Positions 38,541 through 52,046 of a DNA stretch of 64,000 bases are shown here, piece after piece; within the stretch, counting starts at the first letter, position 1; every line of letters begins with the position of its first letter. This stretch comes from Mobula hypostoma (taxonomy: Eukaryota): positions 215,948,001 to 216,012,000 of the forward strand of contig NC_086097.1 in assembly GCF_963921235.1 (NCBI RefSeq), in the 5' to 3' direction. The notes under the pieces were generated by a model. The model ran no database searches. It worked only from the letters and a program-made list of their open reading frames with translations, and was not told the origin of the DNA. The translations under genes and the position numbers were made by a program.

Positions 38541-39569
38541 TTGGCAGACTGATTGTAAAGATACAGCAAAGACACTACATTAATGACATTCCAGCACGAG
38601 GAAATACTATACTATTGTGGATTTATCAGAAATGAACTGAGCCTACTTGCATGAAAAGATTTTACTTATTGTGTAACATGCATAAGAAATTTTAATCTAA
38701 TGATATTCTGCAAGGTATACTGCCTTCAAGTCTGTTGTCAAGTTTTCACTAACAGGAGTAATTTAAATTTAATGAGGGAGAGAGAGCAGAGAGACATTGA
38801 TGGGCGAGGAATTTAGTGTAGATACTGCTGTCACCTGTCAAGTCTGTTTTTATTGCAGAATAAAAGATTGTCACTTCATATGTTTTTGATGTTATGATTA
38901 ATACATAACCCAAAAATGTCATAATTAACAAATACATACTAAAATAAAGCAAAATTAAATTACTAACTGCTGTTTGCAGCAATTGAAAATGTTCTCCAAC
39001 ACAATGATCATACAAGTCATATTGGCTTTAGAAATGTGAACTTAAATACGGCTGCATTTCTATCCAAATTAGGGATTAATGAGATTGATATTTTCCTGAT
39101 TATCATGCAATCAAAAATTAACAGCTATGCTTATGCACGTCATGGAAGAAATCAATGCTCTACTTGGCTGACGGTCATACAGTAAAATCTACAGGGGGAC
39201 AAAAGATATTTCAGAGCAGAGCATTTTGCAATTATAGACCAGATTTTCTACATTTTTCTATGTAGTTTATCACAAACATTAATAACAAAGCGTTCTGATC
39301 TAAGACGCGAAAAGCCTTAATGCTTTTTTGGATGTAATCACCTGAATTTCTCACTTTCCACAACTTCACACTTAATTGCTGGTGCATATTAAATGTATTC
39401 TGGGGATTATAATGAAGTCTGATGCCAATTGATCCAACTCACTTTCCAGAAGTTATATATGTACGACATGTCTCTCCTATTTTAGAATAGTTTATCTGCT
39501 ACATTTGAAAATACAGCCGAATTTGCTTTTAAAGAATAAACCATAGAATGGATCTCTATTTCTCTGGAG

Positions 39570-39705
39570 ACACAAGAGAAACTGCAGATGCTGGAAACTG
39601 AATTATTGCTTACAAACTGCTGGAGGAACTCAGCAGATCAAGTAATATCTATGGAGGGAAATGAGCGGTTGAGGTTTCAGGTTGAGACCCTTCATCAGGA
39701 CTGGG
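39570..39705 (-). mobile_element. PLE pseudo-LTR with hammerhead-like motif
   Basis: Minus strand reads agtc-ctgatga-agggtctcaacct-gaaac-ctc-aacc (39667-39702). Confidence 0.85.
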
Positions 39706-39822
39706 ATTGTAACTCCCAAAGCTAAGTACTGATCAAAGTTAGGAACAAATTAATAAAACCATTTGTCAATTGATTTTTAAATTGTATACAATGGCAGCAG
39801 TAATCCATGAGCCTGTTTACAA

Positions 39823-40544
39823 CAGCGGTCCCCAACCACCGGGCCGCAAAGCATGTGCTACCGGGCTACAAGGAAACGATATGGGTCAGCTGCACCTTTC
39901 CTCATTCCTTGTCACGCACTGTTGAACTTGAACATAGGGTTGCCAACTGTCCCATATTTGCCAGGACATCCCATATATTGGGCTAAATTGGTTTGTCCCA
40001 TACGGGACTGCCCTTCTCCCGTATTTCCCCCGCTAAGGCAGAGCGTTCCTATGAAACCTTTCGTGCTGAAATGGCATAAAGCGAAGAAGCAATAACCATT
40101 AATTTATATGGGAAAAATTTTTGAGTGCTCCCAGACCCAAAAACTAACCTAGCAAATCATACCAAATAACACATAAAACCTAAAAGAACACCAACATATA
40201 GTAAAAGCAGGAATGATATGATAAATACACAGCCTATATAAAGTAAAAATAATGTATGTACAGTATAGTCGGGAAGATTAAGCCAAAACCGATGTGTGGA
40301 AAAAAATCGTCACGTCACGCATGTGCACACAGGTGCCCATGCAAGGCTTCATGGTCATGGTAGTCTTTCTCAGGGTAAAAACAAGTGTCCCATATTTGAC
40401 TGCTACTTTTGTCCCTTATTTGGGAGTGAGAAAGTTGGCAACCCTAACTGTAAAAGACATGTTGAGGTGAGTTTAACCCTACTTGAACACCCCACCACCA
40501 TCCGGTCAGCCAGTCCGCGGTGCAAAAACGCTTGGGGACCCCTG
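39823..40544. mobile_element. Non-autonomous hAT (Charlie/Buster-type) element, 8-bp TSD gtttacaa
   Basis: TIRs cagcggtccccaa / ttggggacccctg; perfect TSD at 39815-39822 and 40545-40552. Confidence 0.93.
39935..40481. mobile_element. Nested hAT MITE with TAGGG termini (Blackjack-like), 8-bp TSD cttgaaca
   Basis: 14-bp perfect IR tagggttgccaact (39935-39948) / agttggcaacccta (40433-40446); TSD at 39927-39934 and 40482-40489. Confidence 0.85.
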
Positions 40545-40809
40545 GTTTACAACAATACTGAACTTCTGATGGATAATATTCTTCAAAGAAAACATTGTCT
40601 TAAAACAGCAGTCAATTCACTGGTATATTTTGTAGCAGTTAGAGTACTTGGAGTGTAAGAGAAAATCATTATTAAACCAAGAATGGTTGGACATTGGAGC
40701 AGCCATTACCTAGTGGTGTGGTTTGCGGTGCAGAGTAATATTTGCAAAGTTGGAAGCACTTCATATGCTGTTAAATAAGGCAGACCTGGTGTTCAGTTCA
40801 AAATACAAA

Positions 40810-41690
40810 ACTTCAATTTCAAAGTAACTTTATTAACAAAGACCATATACTACCCTGAGATTCATTATTTTGCAGGCATTCATAATAAAGAAATACAACA
40901 GAATGAAAAAAGAACTATATGCAAAGACTGACAAATTTCAAAGTAAATTTATTATTAAAGTATGTATACGTCACCATATGCAGCCCTGAGATTACTTTTC
41001 TTGTGGACATGTGGAGTAAATTAAAAAAACACAGTAGAATCAATAAAAGGCAACACTTAACAGGACAAACAACCAATGTACAAAAGACCACAAACTATGC
41101 AAATACAAAACAGAAAGAAAAATAAATAAATAAACAATAAATATTGAGAACATGAGAAGAACAGTCCTTGAAAGTGAGTCCATAGGCTGCAGGAACAGTT
41201 CAGTGATGGGTGGAGTGAAGTTGAGTTCAAGAGCCTGATGGTTGAGTGTTAGTAACTGTTCCTGAACCTGGTGTGTAGGTCCTTAAGCTCCTGTACCTTC
41301 TTCCTGATGGTAGCAGTGAGAAGTGAGCATAAACTGGTGGTGGGGGAGGGGTTCCTGATGATGAATGCTACGGCTACTGCCCTGTGACAGCACTCTGTGT
41401 AGATATGCTCAACAGTGGGGAGGGGGAGGGGGTTTTACCCACGATGGACTGGCTGTATCCACTACTTTTCTACAGAATTTGGAGGATCAATATGCAAAAG
41501 AAAAAATACTGTGCAAATACAACAAAAGCAAACAATAAGCAGTGGGAAGTGAGCATGGAGTGATGGCAGGAGCCCTTTGATGATTACTGGTGATTCCTTG
41601 TGGCACCACTCTTTGTAGGTTTGCTCAATGGTGGAGTGGGCTTTTCCTGTGACGGTTTGGGCTATATACACCACTCTTTGTACCATTGTT
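40810..41690 (-). mobile_element. Stacked Rex1/Babar-like LINE 3' fragments
   Basis: Repeated ttcaaagtaa.tttatta tails; gagcctgatggttgag...ctgttcctgaacctgg; ORF VQRVVYIAQTVTGKAHSTIEQTYKEWCHK. Confidence 0.8.
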
Positions 41691-41699
41691 GTGCAAATT

Positions 41700-41962
41700 T
41701 GATGGACTGAGACAATGGACCCACTCTGGCTGCTCCTGGCTTCGGGCTTATGGACTCGATTTCGTTCTAAATGCTGATGCTTGCTTCATTTGTGGGCATG
41801 ATTTGATTTGATGTTTCTCTCTCTCTCTTTGTACAGGGTGCTGGTCTTTTTGTAAATTGGGTTCTTTCAGGTTTCATGTTTAGTGGCTGCCCTTAAGCAG
41901 AAGAATCTCAAGGTTGTATAATTTATGCGTACTTTGATAATAAAATGTACTTTGAACTTTGT
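41700..41962 (+). mobile_element. Non-LTR 3' tail repeat
   Basis: gaagaatctcaaggttgtata...tactttgataataaaatgtactttgaactttg tail, as at 24530-24588. Confidence 0.65.
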
Positions 41963-44900
41963 AGGCTTCTCCATACCAGTATTGGTATTAGAAGGAGGCC
42001 AATACAAAAAGTAGAATTCTGGAAAGAGCAGGAAAAGATCCCTCATTTCATGTGGTGAAAGGTGGCCGTGACATCCAGTGTCAACTATCTCGTTCCCAAG
42101 GTGACAGACTTGGGGGGCCTGAACACAGTCACCTGCTAAAAGAAGACAAAAAATGCACCACCAACTGGTGTTTTTTTCCTTTCTTCAATACCATAGTCAC
42201 AAAGATTGACAATTAATCCTTTAACATTGCAAAGGTGCTCAATGAATTAGAATGTCAGAGTCTAGCTATTCAAGAAGAGCTTGTACGTTGGTGTTACACC
42301 ATCACAGCCCATGACCTCTTCATAGCGCTGTTGAACTTTGCAGGGGGTTTACGGCTGCTAACCTGGTCAAGTAGTCTGAAATTCTCAATCTCAGACGTGC
42401 ACAAGTTTCCTTCCCTTCTAGCAGAGCCACCTCCTGCCGGATGTGGATGAGTCTGTGTTGGAGCTGTAAGCCACAGGATTGCGCGGACATGCAAATGATG
42501 GCAAATTCTGAGCCAGGGCGCGACCACTGTTCATCAGGAGTGCACCAGGTCTGAGGTGAAAGAGCAGAAAAACCAGCCAGAATGTTTTCCTGATATTATA
42601 TAAACCTCAGTTTTCCTGAACATACATGGGTGTGTACTTTCCAACAACAGTCACTGGATACCCTCTGGAGTAATCCCTTTCACCAAGTATTTCTTTTCCC
42701 TGGACTGAGGTCGGGAGGACAATAGCCTGCCTACTGCTGGCCCAGTCAGTTAACTCAGCAAGACCAGTAAATCAAACTGCAGGCAGCATTCCTAGTGCCA
42801 AATCAATTGGTAAGTCTTCCCATCAAGCTTTGGGGAAGTCCAGTTTCATTTTAAATGCTAATTTGGCTATGTAATTTAAATTCATAATTAACATTAGTGG
42901 CATTATCAAACAGTAACAAAAATGTTATTTAATATAACCAATTATGATTTAGCAAAGACCAAAAATGTATTCTCTTTGTACTTTCTCATTCATTGGAGCC
43001 AATAAGCTCATCCTGATGCTATTGCAATCACACAGAGATGAGGAAGGATTTTCTGCATCACTAGTTCATCTTCAAGGCTGCATATAATACAACAGTACAA
43101 CTAGACTGAGTGGAGCTGATTGGATAATTCCCACATCAATCAAGCTTGCAGATGACTGATATTGATTCTGCACACAATTTATACCTAACTACCCTACATT
43201 CACTAGATTTCTCCGAAGAATTTGCTCCAATTTAATTGGGACAGTTTTCTATAATTTTGGCTTTGTTCGTTCTTTAAATAACTACTTTCTGACTAAATTG
43301 ACTTTCTTGCTGAACAATAGACTGTCCCTGTGAGTTATACACCTGTCCCCACCCGACTCATTGACTTGATAATTACTCAATTCCTGGAGAGCAGCAATCT
43401 GCTCACAGATGGCATCTCTCTATCCTCTCATGACAGCAACCTGCTCCTGGGTTACAATCAGTAGCACTTTAATGGGTCAATCAGAGACAATGCATTGATG
43501 TGAAAATTTGAACGACTTCCGTCTGTGCCATCAAGAAAGGTGAAACCAGAACTACAACCCTTTGTAAAATTACCAGGTGCCATGCAAAAGAACACACTCG
43601 TTCCAGAGTTGACCTGATGTTGTTCTTTTGACTGCGCACTTTTTCCCTGCAAGAAACTCGGGATGGGTCCTTCCCGCTTCCTTATTAGCTTGGGATACAT
43701 TTTGTCAAACAATGGATAATGCCTCAGCCACTTTGGTATACAATTGTGTCACCTTTCATGTAAGTTGTTCCTTTCTTGGCCCTCACAGAATCCTCCTGGG
43801 CAATATCTGTCCTCATTTTACCAGCATCTGAGCTTGTGTTCATACAAATGCATGTAGACGAATAGGCTATTCAAAAAGAAGTGGGAAATGATTGAAGATA
43901 TCCAAGACAGGTGCTTATGACAAAGTTTGAGAGCTTCCCGCGGTTTGGACGCTGCAAGGCTCCTGGTTATCCAATTGCCCATAAAATCCTCTCTTCCAAT
44001 ATGGCAAGGCTCTGAGTCAGAGAGAATCCTCCTCCTATTTAATGTGCAAGCCTGTGATACCCCACAACCTTTTCCCCAAACACCAAGGAGAAGCATTTCA
44101 TTAGTTCATCAGTTACATTCTTATCGACTTCCATGCCTGGATGCGTGTCCGACTGCATTACTGCCTTCTTCTGAGACACTAAGATGACATCAAAATAATC
44201 ATTTGAAGGACAACCTACTAAGACATTGGCAGATTTTTGTATAGTTATTTTGATACCATCTTAAAACCCAGCCATTTTCATGCTTCAGGTTATAAATTTA
44301 AATGAACCTTTGTCTGCTTCCAAGTGTCTTTCCGATGAAAGAAATTTTAGGAACACTCACAACACACTGGAGGTAGTACAAAAGATGTTATGGGACTCTC
44401 TGTGACAACGCTATGCATTTCATAATAGCACCTCTTAAGTGGAAGGCCATTGGTCAAGTTCTAGTACATGATAACAATGAGGATGGGAGTGCACTGGTCA
44501 GTATGGATATAGTTGGCTGAATGGTTTGTTTCTATGCTATACGATTCTATATGGGGAGTTATCGCCACACTTGGCAATCAGATGATGCAAGTACTACGAT
44601 TTCAGGACGTGGAGAAGAAAAGGTGACCCATTACAACAGCAGCATGGATAAATACAACAACTGACAAAGATCTTACAGTTTTGAGGCCAGAACCCGAGAG
44701 GAGGCAAGGACTAACATTTCGGGGCTTTAGCAAGTTGTTAAAACAAACATGTAAACATTTGCAATTATCTTAGTATGTTGTCCTGTTATTGTTACTCCTT
44801 CAGGTCAACTTGGGAATCCAGAAATAGTCAGTGAATTTTGGAAAATGCTATTTTTACCCCAAATGCAGGCTCATTTAACCTTGCTGTTAAATGTGACAAT

Positions 44901-45589
44901 TAACAAACATCACGTCTAAAATGCACATAAAATAATAGGTGGGCACAAGATAAACCATTTTCCTACTCATCTGGTTTTCTAAAAGAGCTCATCAGCTTGC
45001 AAGAGAAATCTGATGCAAAGATACTAGAATTCACCAAAGATACAACCCTTGACACTATAAGAGAATTCTTCAGAAAGTTTTGACACTGATGTAATAAAGT
45101 GAATAAGGAATGAAGAGCCTTGTCTAATACAGGAATGTTTCAAGAATGGCTTTAGAAAATGTATGATTCTGTTATCCTCGGTGCCCAAGGCAAGTTGGTC
45201 ACAAAGTGCAAGGTGGAACTTCACAGTGCCTGGCATCAGTTAGAATGATATGGATCTCTGATGCCAATGCTTTGAAGTCTAAAATCTCTTTCAATCTAGG
45301 AAGTATCATCACAAATACAGTCAAGGTTAGCCACTGGATCTGAGTTTGAGCACTGGAAAGGCAGCTTTAGGTGAAATTGTAAGAGACATGACCTCCTGGC
45401 AAGAAGCCAGGCTGAAGGCTCATTTGTTACTTACCTCAGGGATCGTACTTACACTAACTGCTTGTAAACCAACATCAAAACTTCAGGAAAACATCTGACA
45501 ATTTGCCATATAGCACTTGTGCAAGTGCATAAATTAATTACTGTACAGTATGGAACAGATTAACTAGTGACACTTTGAATACAGTGCAG

Positions 45590-45780
45590 CAGGAAGTTCA
45601 GAAGCCCAATGGCCTGGGGGAAGAAACTGTTGCTCATCCTGACCCTTCTTGTTTTTATGCATCGGAGTCTCCTGCCTGATGGTAGAAAGTCAAAGAGGAT
45701 GCTGGATGGACCGGTAGGATCCTTAATAATACTATGTATGCAGCACTCCTGATAAATGTCCCTGATGGATGGTAGGCAGA
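45590..45780 (-). mobile_element. Rex1/Babar-like LINE fragment
   Basis: ggcctgggggaagaaactgtt...ctcctgcctgatgg (minus: LPSGRRL...NSFFPQA). Confidence 0.75.
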
Positions 45781-46697
45781 CTCATCATTTCCCAGTACTA
45801 TATTTTATATCCAGATTTCTAAATTTCTGGACGTTGAAATCTCTAAATGCAACGAATTATTAGGCCGGAATTTGTATTATTAATAGTGTTCTCCACCTGC
45901 AGATAACATTGGTTAAAATGGAAAGAAATTATTGAGAATGTCATGATTGGAGAAGTACAAATGTGAAGCTCTAATCACCAGTTTTTATAGTTCACTAATT
46001 CAGGAAATCAGTTTGGAAATACAACTATGCTGAACCTCAGCAAACTTGGTATGTACGCTGTGGATCCCCTGTGAAAATACTGAAGGAATCCCAAGCAGCT
46101 GAGAACTGACAGAAATTGGCACGGAAGATGAACGTGGCAGTCAAGATGATGACACCCATGTAATTCTGTGCCAATTCACCTGAGGAAATGTCTTCACAAT
46201 ATTGAGGGGTGTGAAGCCAATAGAGGCAGAGCATAGCAAGGACAGAGTGATTTGAAAAGGATGAAAATATTGAAATCTATGGACTAAGGACTAACTGAAC
46301 TGATAGTGAATGTGATTTGGTGTCATTTAGAATGTGAATAGCAGAATTCAGGAAACACTGTTCTGGAGGGTAGAAGACAGATGTCCAGAACGGAACGAAT
46401 TCAGAGGCAGATCACCATAGCTTGTAAGCAGTAAAATAACTCCCATTCTAAAACTCAATTATCATGGGTTCAGGATACCTCATTCCAGAGATTTCAACAC
46501 ATATTGCAGGATGGTGCTTTTGTGCAGAAATTAGAGCATGTTGAAGTCAGATGATCTGACCTTACTGACACTCTGACTGCCCCCTCCCCGGTGGACGTAA
46601 CTGATTGTCTTAACCAATAGCTAAAAGAAATTATTTGTCACTTACTTCACTGCTATTTGTTGGAGCTTGCTGTGTGAAGGTTAGTTATCATGTTTTA

Positions 46698-47040
46698 GGT
46701 GTATAAGATGATGAGAGGCATTGATCGTGTAGATAGTCAGAGGCTTTTTCCCAGGGCTGAAATGGCTAGCAGGAGAGGGCACAGTTTTAAGGTGCTTGGA
46801 AGTAGATACAGGGGTAAGTTTTTTATGCAGAGAGTGGTGAGTGTGTGGAATGGTCTGCCAGCGACCGTGGTGAAGGCAGATATGATAGGGACTTTTAAGA
46901 GACTCCTGGACAGGTACATGGAGCTCAGAAAAATAGAGGGCTATAGGTAGCCCTAGGTAATTTCTAAGGACATGTTTGGCACAGCTTTGTGGGCCGAAGG
47001 GCCTGTATTGTGCTGGAGGTTTTCTATGATTCTATGTTTC
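46698..47040 (+). mobile_element. CR1 LINE 3' fragment
   Basis: VYKMMRGIDRVDSQRLFPRAEM...LDRYMELRKIEGY, close to 32085-32438. Confidence 0.95.
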
Positions 47041-47269
47041 CTAATTTGGAGCAGTGAATGCATTTCAAAATAGGCTACAAAGAACTTTAGAAGATTCCAA
47101 AGTTAAAGACACTACAGAAATACAAGAACCGACTTCTTTCGCCTCCCTATTTCTTGAGTTCCCCTTTTATTCAATTTTCTTCTGTCATGAGGTAATTAAT
47201 TCCTTGAAGTGTTACAATCCTGAAGGTGGGTCATCAGAATCCAAAGTACTATGAATCACAGTGAGTTAA

Positions 47270-47826
47270 TTGAATTGAACTGACTTTATTACTCACATCC
47301 TTCACATACATGAGGAGTAAAAATCTCTAAATTACGTCTCCATCTAAATACGCATTGTGCAATCACAGTAATTTATAATAAATAGAACAGTCAATGTAAC
47401 ATAGAAATACACTCAAATCAGTGTGAGTTAATCAGTCTGATGGCCTGGTGGAAGAAGCTGTCCCGGAGCCTGTTGGTCCTGGCTTTTATGCTGCAGTACC
47501 CTTTTCCAGATGGTAGCAGCTGGAATAGATTATGGTTGGGGTGACTCAGATCCCCAATGATCCTATGGGCCCTTTTCACACACCTGTCCTTGCAAATGTC
47601 TTGAATCATGAGAAGATCACAGCTACAAATGTGCTGGGCTGTCCGCACCACTCTGCAGAGTCCTGTGATTGAGGGAGGTACAGTTCCCATTCCAGGCAGT
47701 GATGCAGCCAGTCAGGATGCTCTCAATTGTGCCCCTGTAGAAAGTCCTTAGGACTTGGCGACCCATACAAAACTTCCTCAACCGTCTGAGGTGAAAGAAG
47801 TGCTGTTGTGCTTTTTTCACCACATA
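47270..47826 (-). mobile_element. Rex1/Babar-like LINE 3' fragment
   Basis: VKKAQQHFFHLRRLRKF...FYRGTIESILTGCITAW and LLPSGKGYCSIKARTNRLRDSFFHQAIRL. Confidence 0.92.
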
Positions 47827-48149
47827 GCTAAGTGATAAGTATGCTCAGATCTGTCAAAGGTCAAGCACTGCAACATTAAAATGATTTGCACCATCTTTCC
47901 TTCCCTGAGTCCCTCAAGGGTAGATCTTTTTTTGAAGACTAGGGGGAGGATAAGGATTTGCAAAACACCTTCCATTCCTCCACACCTTACCTATTGCAAA
48001 AACGATCAAAGGATTTTAACTATCAATAACTACTCCTTCAAGAGCATGTGATACAATCTGCGATTGTCTTCTTGTGGTCGTAGTCTCCGAAGGAAGTATC
48101 CCTCCTTGTGTCCAAGTGCACAGCTTGCTGAGAGTGGCTCGGAGGTGAA

Positions 48150-48715
48150 GGATGCATCTGGTATGCTTGCCTTTCACAGAATGAGGCACTTCGTGTAAGA
48201 TTTGGGACATCATGTTGAAGCTGCAGTAAACATTGATTAGACTATATTTGTTCTGGTCACAACACTACAGGAAGAATATGGTAGGAATCGAGAGAGTGCT
48301 CAAGAGATTCACCAGAATGTTGCCTGGAGTATTAGGCCGTAATTATAAGGACAGATTGAAGAGGCTGGGTTTATTCACACTGTAACAGAGCAGGCTGAGA
48401 GGTGATCTAATAGGAAAGAGAAAAAGTATAAGATAGATAGCCGGAATCATTTTTACTAGGGCAGTCCAGTCTAAAATTGGAGAACACAAGCTTAAGATGA
48501 GGGAGAGAATTTAAGAGACCCAAGGGGTAACATTCCACACAGAGGCTGATGGCTATCTGGAATGAGCAACCAGAGGAAGGGGTAGAGGCAGATATATTTA
48601 CAACCTTTAAAAGACATTTGAACCAGTAAATAGGATTAACAGAGATGGGCATCACAAGCAGTATAGGGAGGTGGACCTAAATGGCCCATATTTTTGTGCT
48701 GTCCGGTTCTACGAT
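48150..48715 (+). mobile_element. Old CR1 LINE 3' fragment
   Basis: gttctggtcacaacactacaggaag...gagattcaccagaatgttgcctgg...ggctgagaggtgatct. Confidence 0.8.
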
Positions 48716-48869
48716 AGGTCCTGATATCCATGGATCAAGTATCCTGATGGCATGGTGCCCTCCTCTGATGATACCTTGTTGCCTAACATCTAATCAAATT
48801 TATCCTTCCTCCACCTTTATCCAAGCACCACATGCACAATTACATATGAAACACTTACTGAGCTAAAGA

Positions 48870-49230
48870 GCACATGGCAAGTACAGAGTCACACTTTTCT
48901 TGCTATTCCCCACTCTGGCCTCTTACTCATCTCCTCAGCTGCCTATCACTTCTTATCTGGTGCCCTTTCTTCTTCTCTTTCTCCCATGGTCCACCTTTCT
49001 CTCCTACCAGACTCATTCTTCTCCAGCCCTTTACCTTTTCCACCACCTGGCTTCACTGATCATTTTCTAGCTAGTCCTCCTTCCCCTTTCACCACCTTTT
49101 CATTCTTGCATCTTCCCCCTTCCTTCCCAGTCCTGAAGAAGGATCTCAGCCCGAAACATCCACTGTTTATTTATCTCTGAAGGTACTGCCTGACCTGCTG
49201 AGTTCCTCCTGCATTTTGTGTGTGCTGCTA
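48870..49230 (+). mobile_element. PLE pseudo-LTR with hammerhead-like motif
   Basis: agtcctgaagaaggatctcagcccgaaacatccact at 49129-49164 plus the pLTR tail. Confidence 0.85.
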
Positions 49231-50379
49231 TGAAGAGTTTAAGGTAGATTTTCTAATCTTGGTAAAATGCAGTCACTATTGTCAACAGAGGAAATCCAAA
49301 ATGCTAATGAATTACTCAAACAAAAAACATCAGCACCAAGTAGCTCCAAATATCCAACAATGTTTAGATGTTACTTTTTAAAATACTATTTCATGATATT
49401 TGTTTTATTTTGTGTGATAACAGAAACTCAGTGATTGTAATCTGGTAACAAGGAAAGCAGAGCAGAATAGGAACTACAGTTAAGCTTTGTTTAATTTTGT
49501 ATGGTGGGGAAATGGCTCAAATATATTTCATTTTGTCAGAATAACCTTTGAAATTTCTCCACAGGACAACAAATTGATTCAGTAAAATATACTGCCCGGA
49601 GATTGTAAGGCAAGCCCCAAGCCCCTGTCACAAGAAGTTTGGAAGTTTAACATTGTGCATACTGTATATGAGTATTTGAGAGTTCAGCATAAAAAAGGCA
49701 ACCTTGTACACTATACCCATGATGAGCCTTCAGACAAGACAGCCGCATCCCATAAGAAAGACAGCTACTAGCTTGGGCCTTAGCTATGTCCATCTTTTTT
49801 GTTGCCTACATGGAAAACTTGTTCTGCCTCCTGTTCCTAGTTGACTTCAAGACCCTTTTCTCCTCCACAGGTACTGCTTAGCCTACTGGGTTCGTCCAGC
49901 ACCTGCAGTAGCTCATCTTCCTTTACAAACAGTCAAAACATACTTTCCTTATAGAGTCAATGATTTTGCCCTGTATTTAAGTATTTTACCTGTAGTACCT
50001 AAAAGGTGAGAATGCAGATTTTTTTTCTGATGAAGCTTTCAGATGTGAATAAGAACAATGCTAGTAAATAGCTGAATTTTATTTATTGATTTATTGAAAC
50101 ACAGCATGGAATAGGTCTTTCTGGCCCTCTGAGCCACAATCACTAGAGCTACTTGCCATGGCCCTGTACCAACCAGTTCAAGACAACACATCCCAGCCTG
50201 CAGGATCTCCTGTGAGTATACTACACAATGTAGCTTCAACATACCTATGGGATTGCACTTAATAATTGCTCACCTGTGGTTTGTGCCACTTTTGTCAGTT
50301 GGATTTCTGCTGTCCCACCATTGGCATGGCACAGTAGTTTTGTGCCGCTGATTTCTCTGAATAACCCAATGGATATACT

Positions 50380-50700
50380 TCCTATGCTCTTTGATGTGGA
50401 TTTCCACCATGCATCCCATCTTGGGTCACCCAGAGTAATCAGTGGTAGTAGAAAATTGCATTCACAATGGCCATGGGATTGACTTCAATGGCACAAAACT
50501 ACTGTGCCACGTCAATGACCTTTGGGACCACCTGGTAAAGAAGCCATTGAAATAAAACTAGAGGAAAAGCATTTTAACAAAGACAATCGTCTCATTCTAG
50601 GTAAGGACTGGAATTCGATTGCAAACAAGGTGGGAGAACAGAAACCTGATTGGATGAGGACTAACCAATCAGGAGGGTCGGACTACAAGGGTATAAATAC
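50380..50700 (+). mobile_element. Penelope/Poseidon-type PLE remnant (GIY-YIG C-terminus plus start of pLTR); continues at 52149-~52275
   Basis: Conceptual LGHPE*SVVVENCIHNGHGIDFNGTKLL...HLV/KEAIEIKLEEKHFNKD, matching the Penelope SAVAEH..GH.IDF...EAIEI...FNRD pattern. A short inverted piece (GCMVEIHIKEHR) lies at ~50382-50418. Confidence 0.75.
50646..50700 (+). promoter_or_regulatory. pLTR promoter-like module: inverted CCAAT pair and TATA box
   Basis: ctgattgg-atgaggactaa-ccaatcag followed by ggtataaata. Function not shown. Confidence 0.45.
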
Positions 50701-50793
50701 AAAATAATCTGCAGATGCTGTAAAAGATCAAAGCAACACTTTCAGTACGCTGGATGAACTCATCAGGTCGGGCAGTATCAGTCAAAAACGATG

Positions 50794-50829
50794 AGTCGAC
50801 GTTTCGGGCCAGAACCCTTCGTCAGGACT
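50794..50829 (-). ncRNA. Minimal type I hammerhead ribozyme motif (PLE-associated)
   Basis: AGUC-CUGACGA-AGGGuucuggCCC-GAAAC-GUC^GACU: core boxes, stem I AGUC/GACU, stem II GGG/CCC, palindromic ACGU in place of stem III. Confidence 0.75.
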
Positions 50830-52046
50830 TAAGAATGAAAGATGGGGAAGGACTTGAAGAATGCTTGTAGCGTCAGTTGATAGACCAGTAATTTGAAAGA
50901 CAAAAGGGTGGGGGAGGGGAAGCATTGACGTCATAGCCCTGAAAACAATGGGTAGTAGAAGAAGGAGGCGGAACCATGAGGGAGCTGGGGGAGGGGGTAG
51001 AGTGAAATAGGGATAGAGGAAGGGAGGGGGAGGGAAATACCGGAAGTTGGAGAATTCTATGTTCATACCAAGGGGCTGGAGACTACCTAGACGGTATATG
51101 AGGTGTTGCTCCTCCAACCTGAGTTTAGCCTCATCATGGCAGTAGAGGAGGCCATGTATGGACATATCTGAATGGGAATGGGAAGCAGGGCTGAAGTGGG
51201 TGGCTACCGGGAGATCCTGTCTGTTGCGGCGGACAGAGTGGAGGTGCTCGACGAAGCGGTGCCCTAATCTGCGTCGGGTTTCACTATTGTAGAGGAGGCC
51301 GCACTGGGAGCACCGGATGCAATAGATGACCCCAACAGACTCACAAGTGAAGTGTTGTCTCACCTGGAAGGACTGTTTGGGGCCCTGAATGGTGGCAAGA
51401 GAGGAGGTGTAGGGACAGGTGTAGCACTTACGCTTACAGGGATAAGTGCCGGGTGGGAGATCAGTGGGGGTAGACGTGTGGATAAGGGAGTCGCGGAGGG
51501 ACCGATCTCTGCGGAAAGCGGAGAGGGGTGGAGAGGGAAAGATGTGCTTAGTGGTGGGGTCCTGTTGAAGGTGGCGGAAGTTGCGGAGGATAATGTGCTA
51601 GATCCGAAGGCTGTTGGGGTGGTAGGTGAAGACAAGGGGAACTCTGTCCCTGTTGTGGTGAAGGGAGGATGGGGTGAGGGCCGAAGTGCGGGAAATGGAG
51701 GAGATGCGGGTGAGAGCATCATTGATGATGGTAGAAGGGAAACCATGATCCTTAAAGAAAGACGCCATTTGAGATGTCCTGGAACGGAAAGCCTCATCCT
51801 CTGAGCTGATGCGGCGGAGTCGGAGGAACTGGGAATAGGGAATGGCATTTTTGCATGTGGCGGGGTGGGAAGAGGTATAGTCGAGGTAGTTATGAGAGTC
51901 ATGGTCCCGCCTCCTCCTTCTACCACCCATTGTTTTCAGGGCTATGACGTCAATGCTCCCCCCCCCCACCCCTTTGTCTTTCAAATTACTGGTCTATCAA
52001 CTGAGCTACAAGTATTCCTCAAATCCTTTCCCACCTTTCATTCTTC

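Noticed and set aside
51352..51926. Overlapping Gly/Val-rich and Pro/Ser-rich ORFs
   Set aside because: These are alternative-frame and antisense shadows of the PLE ORF.
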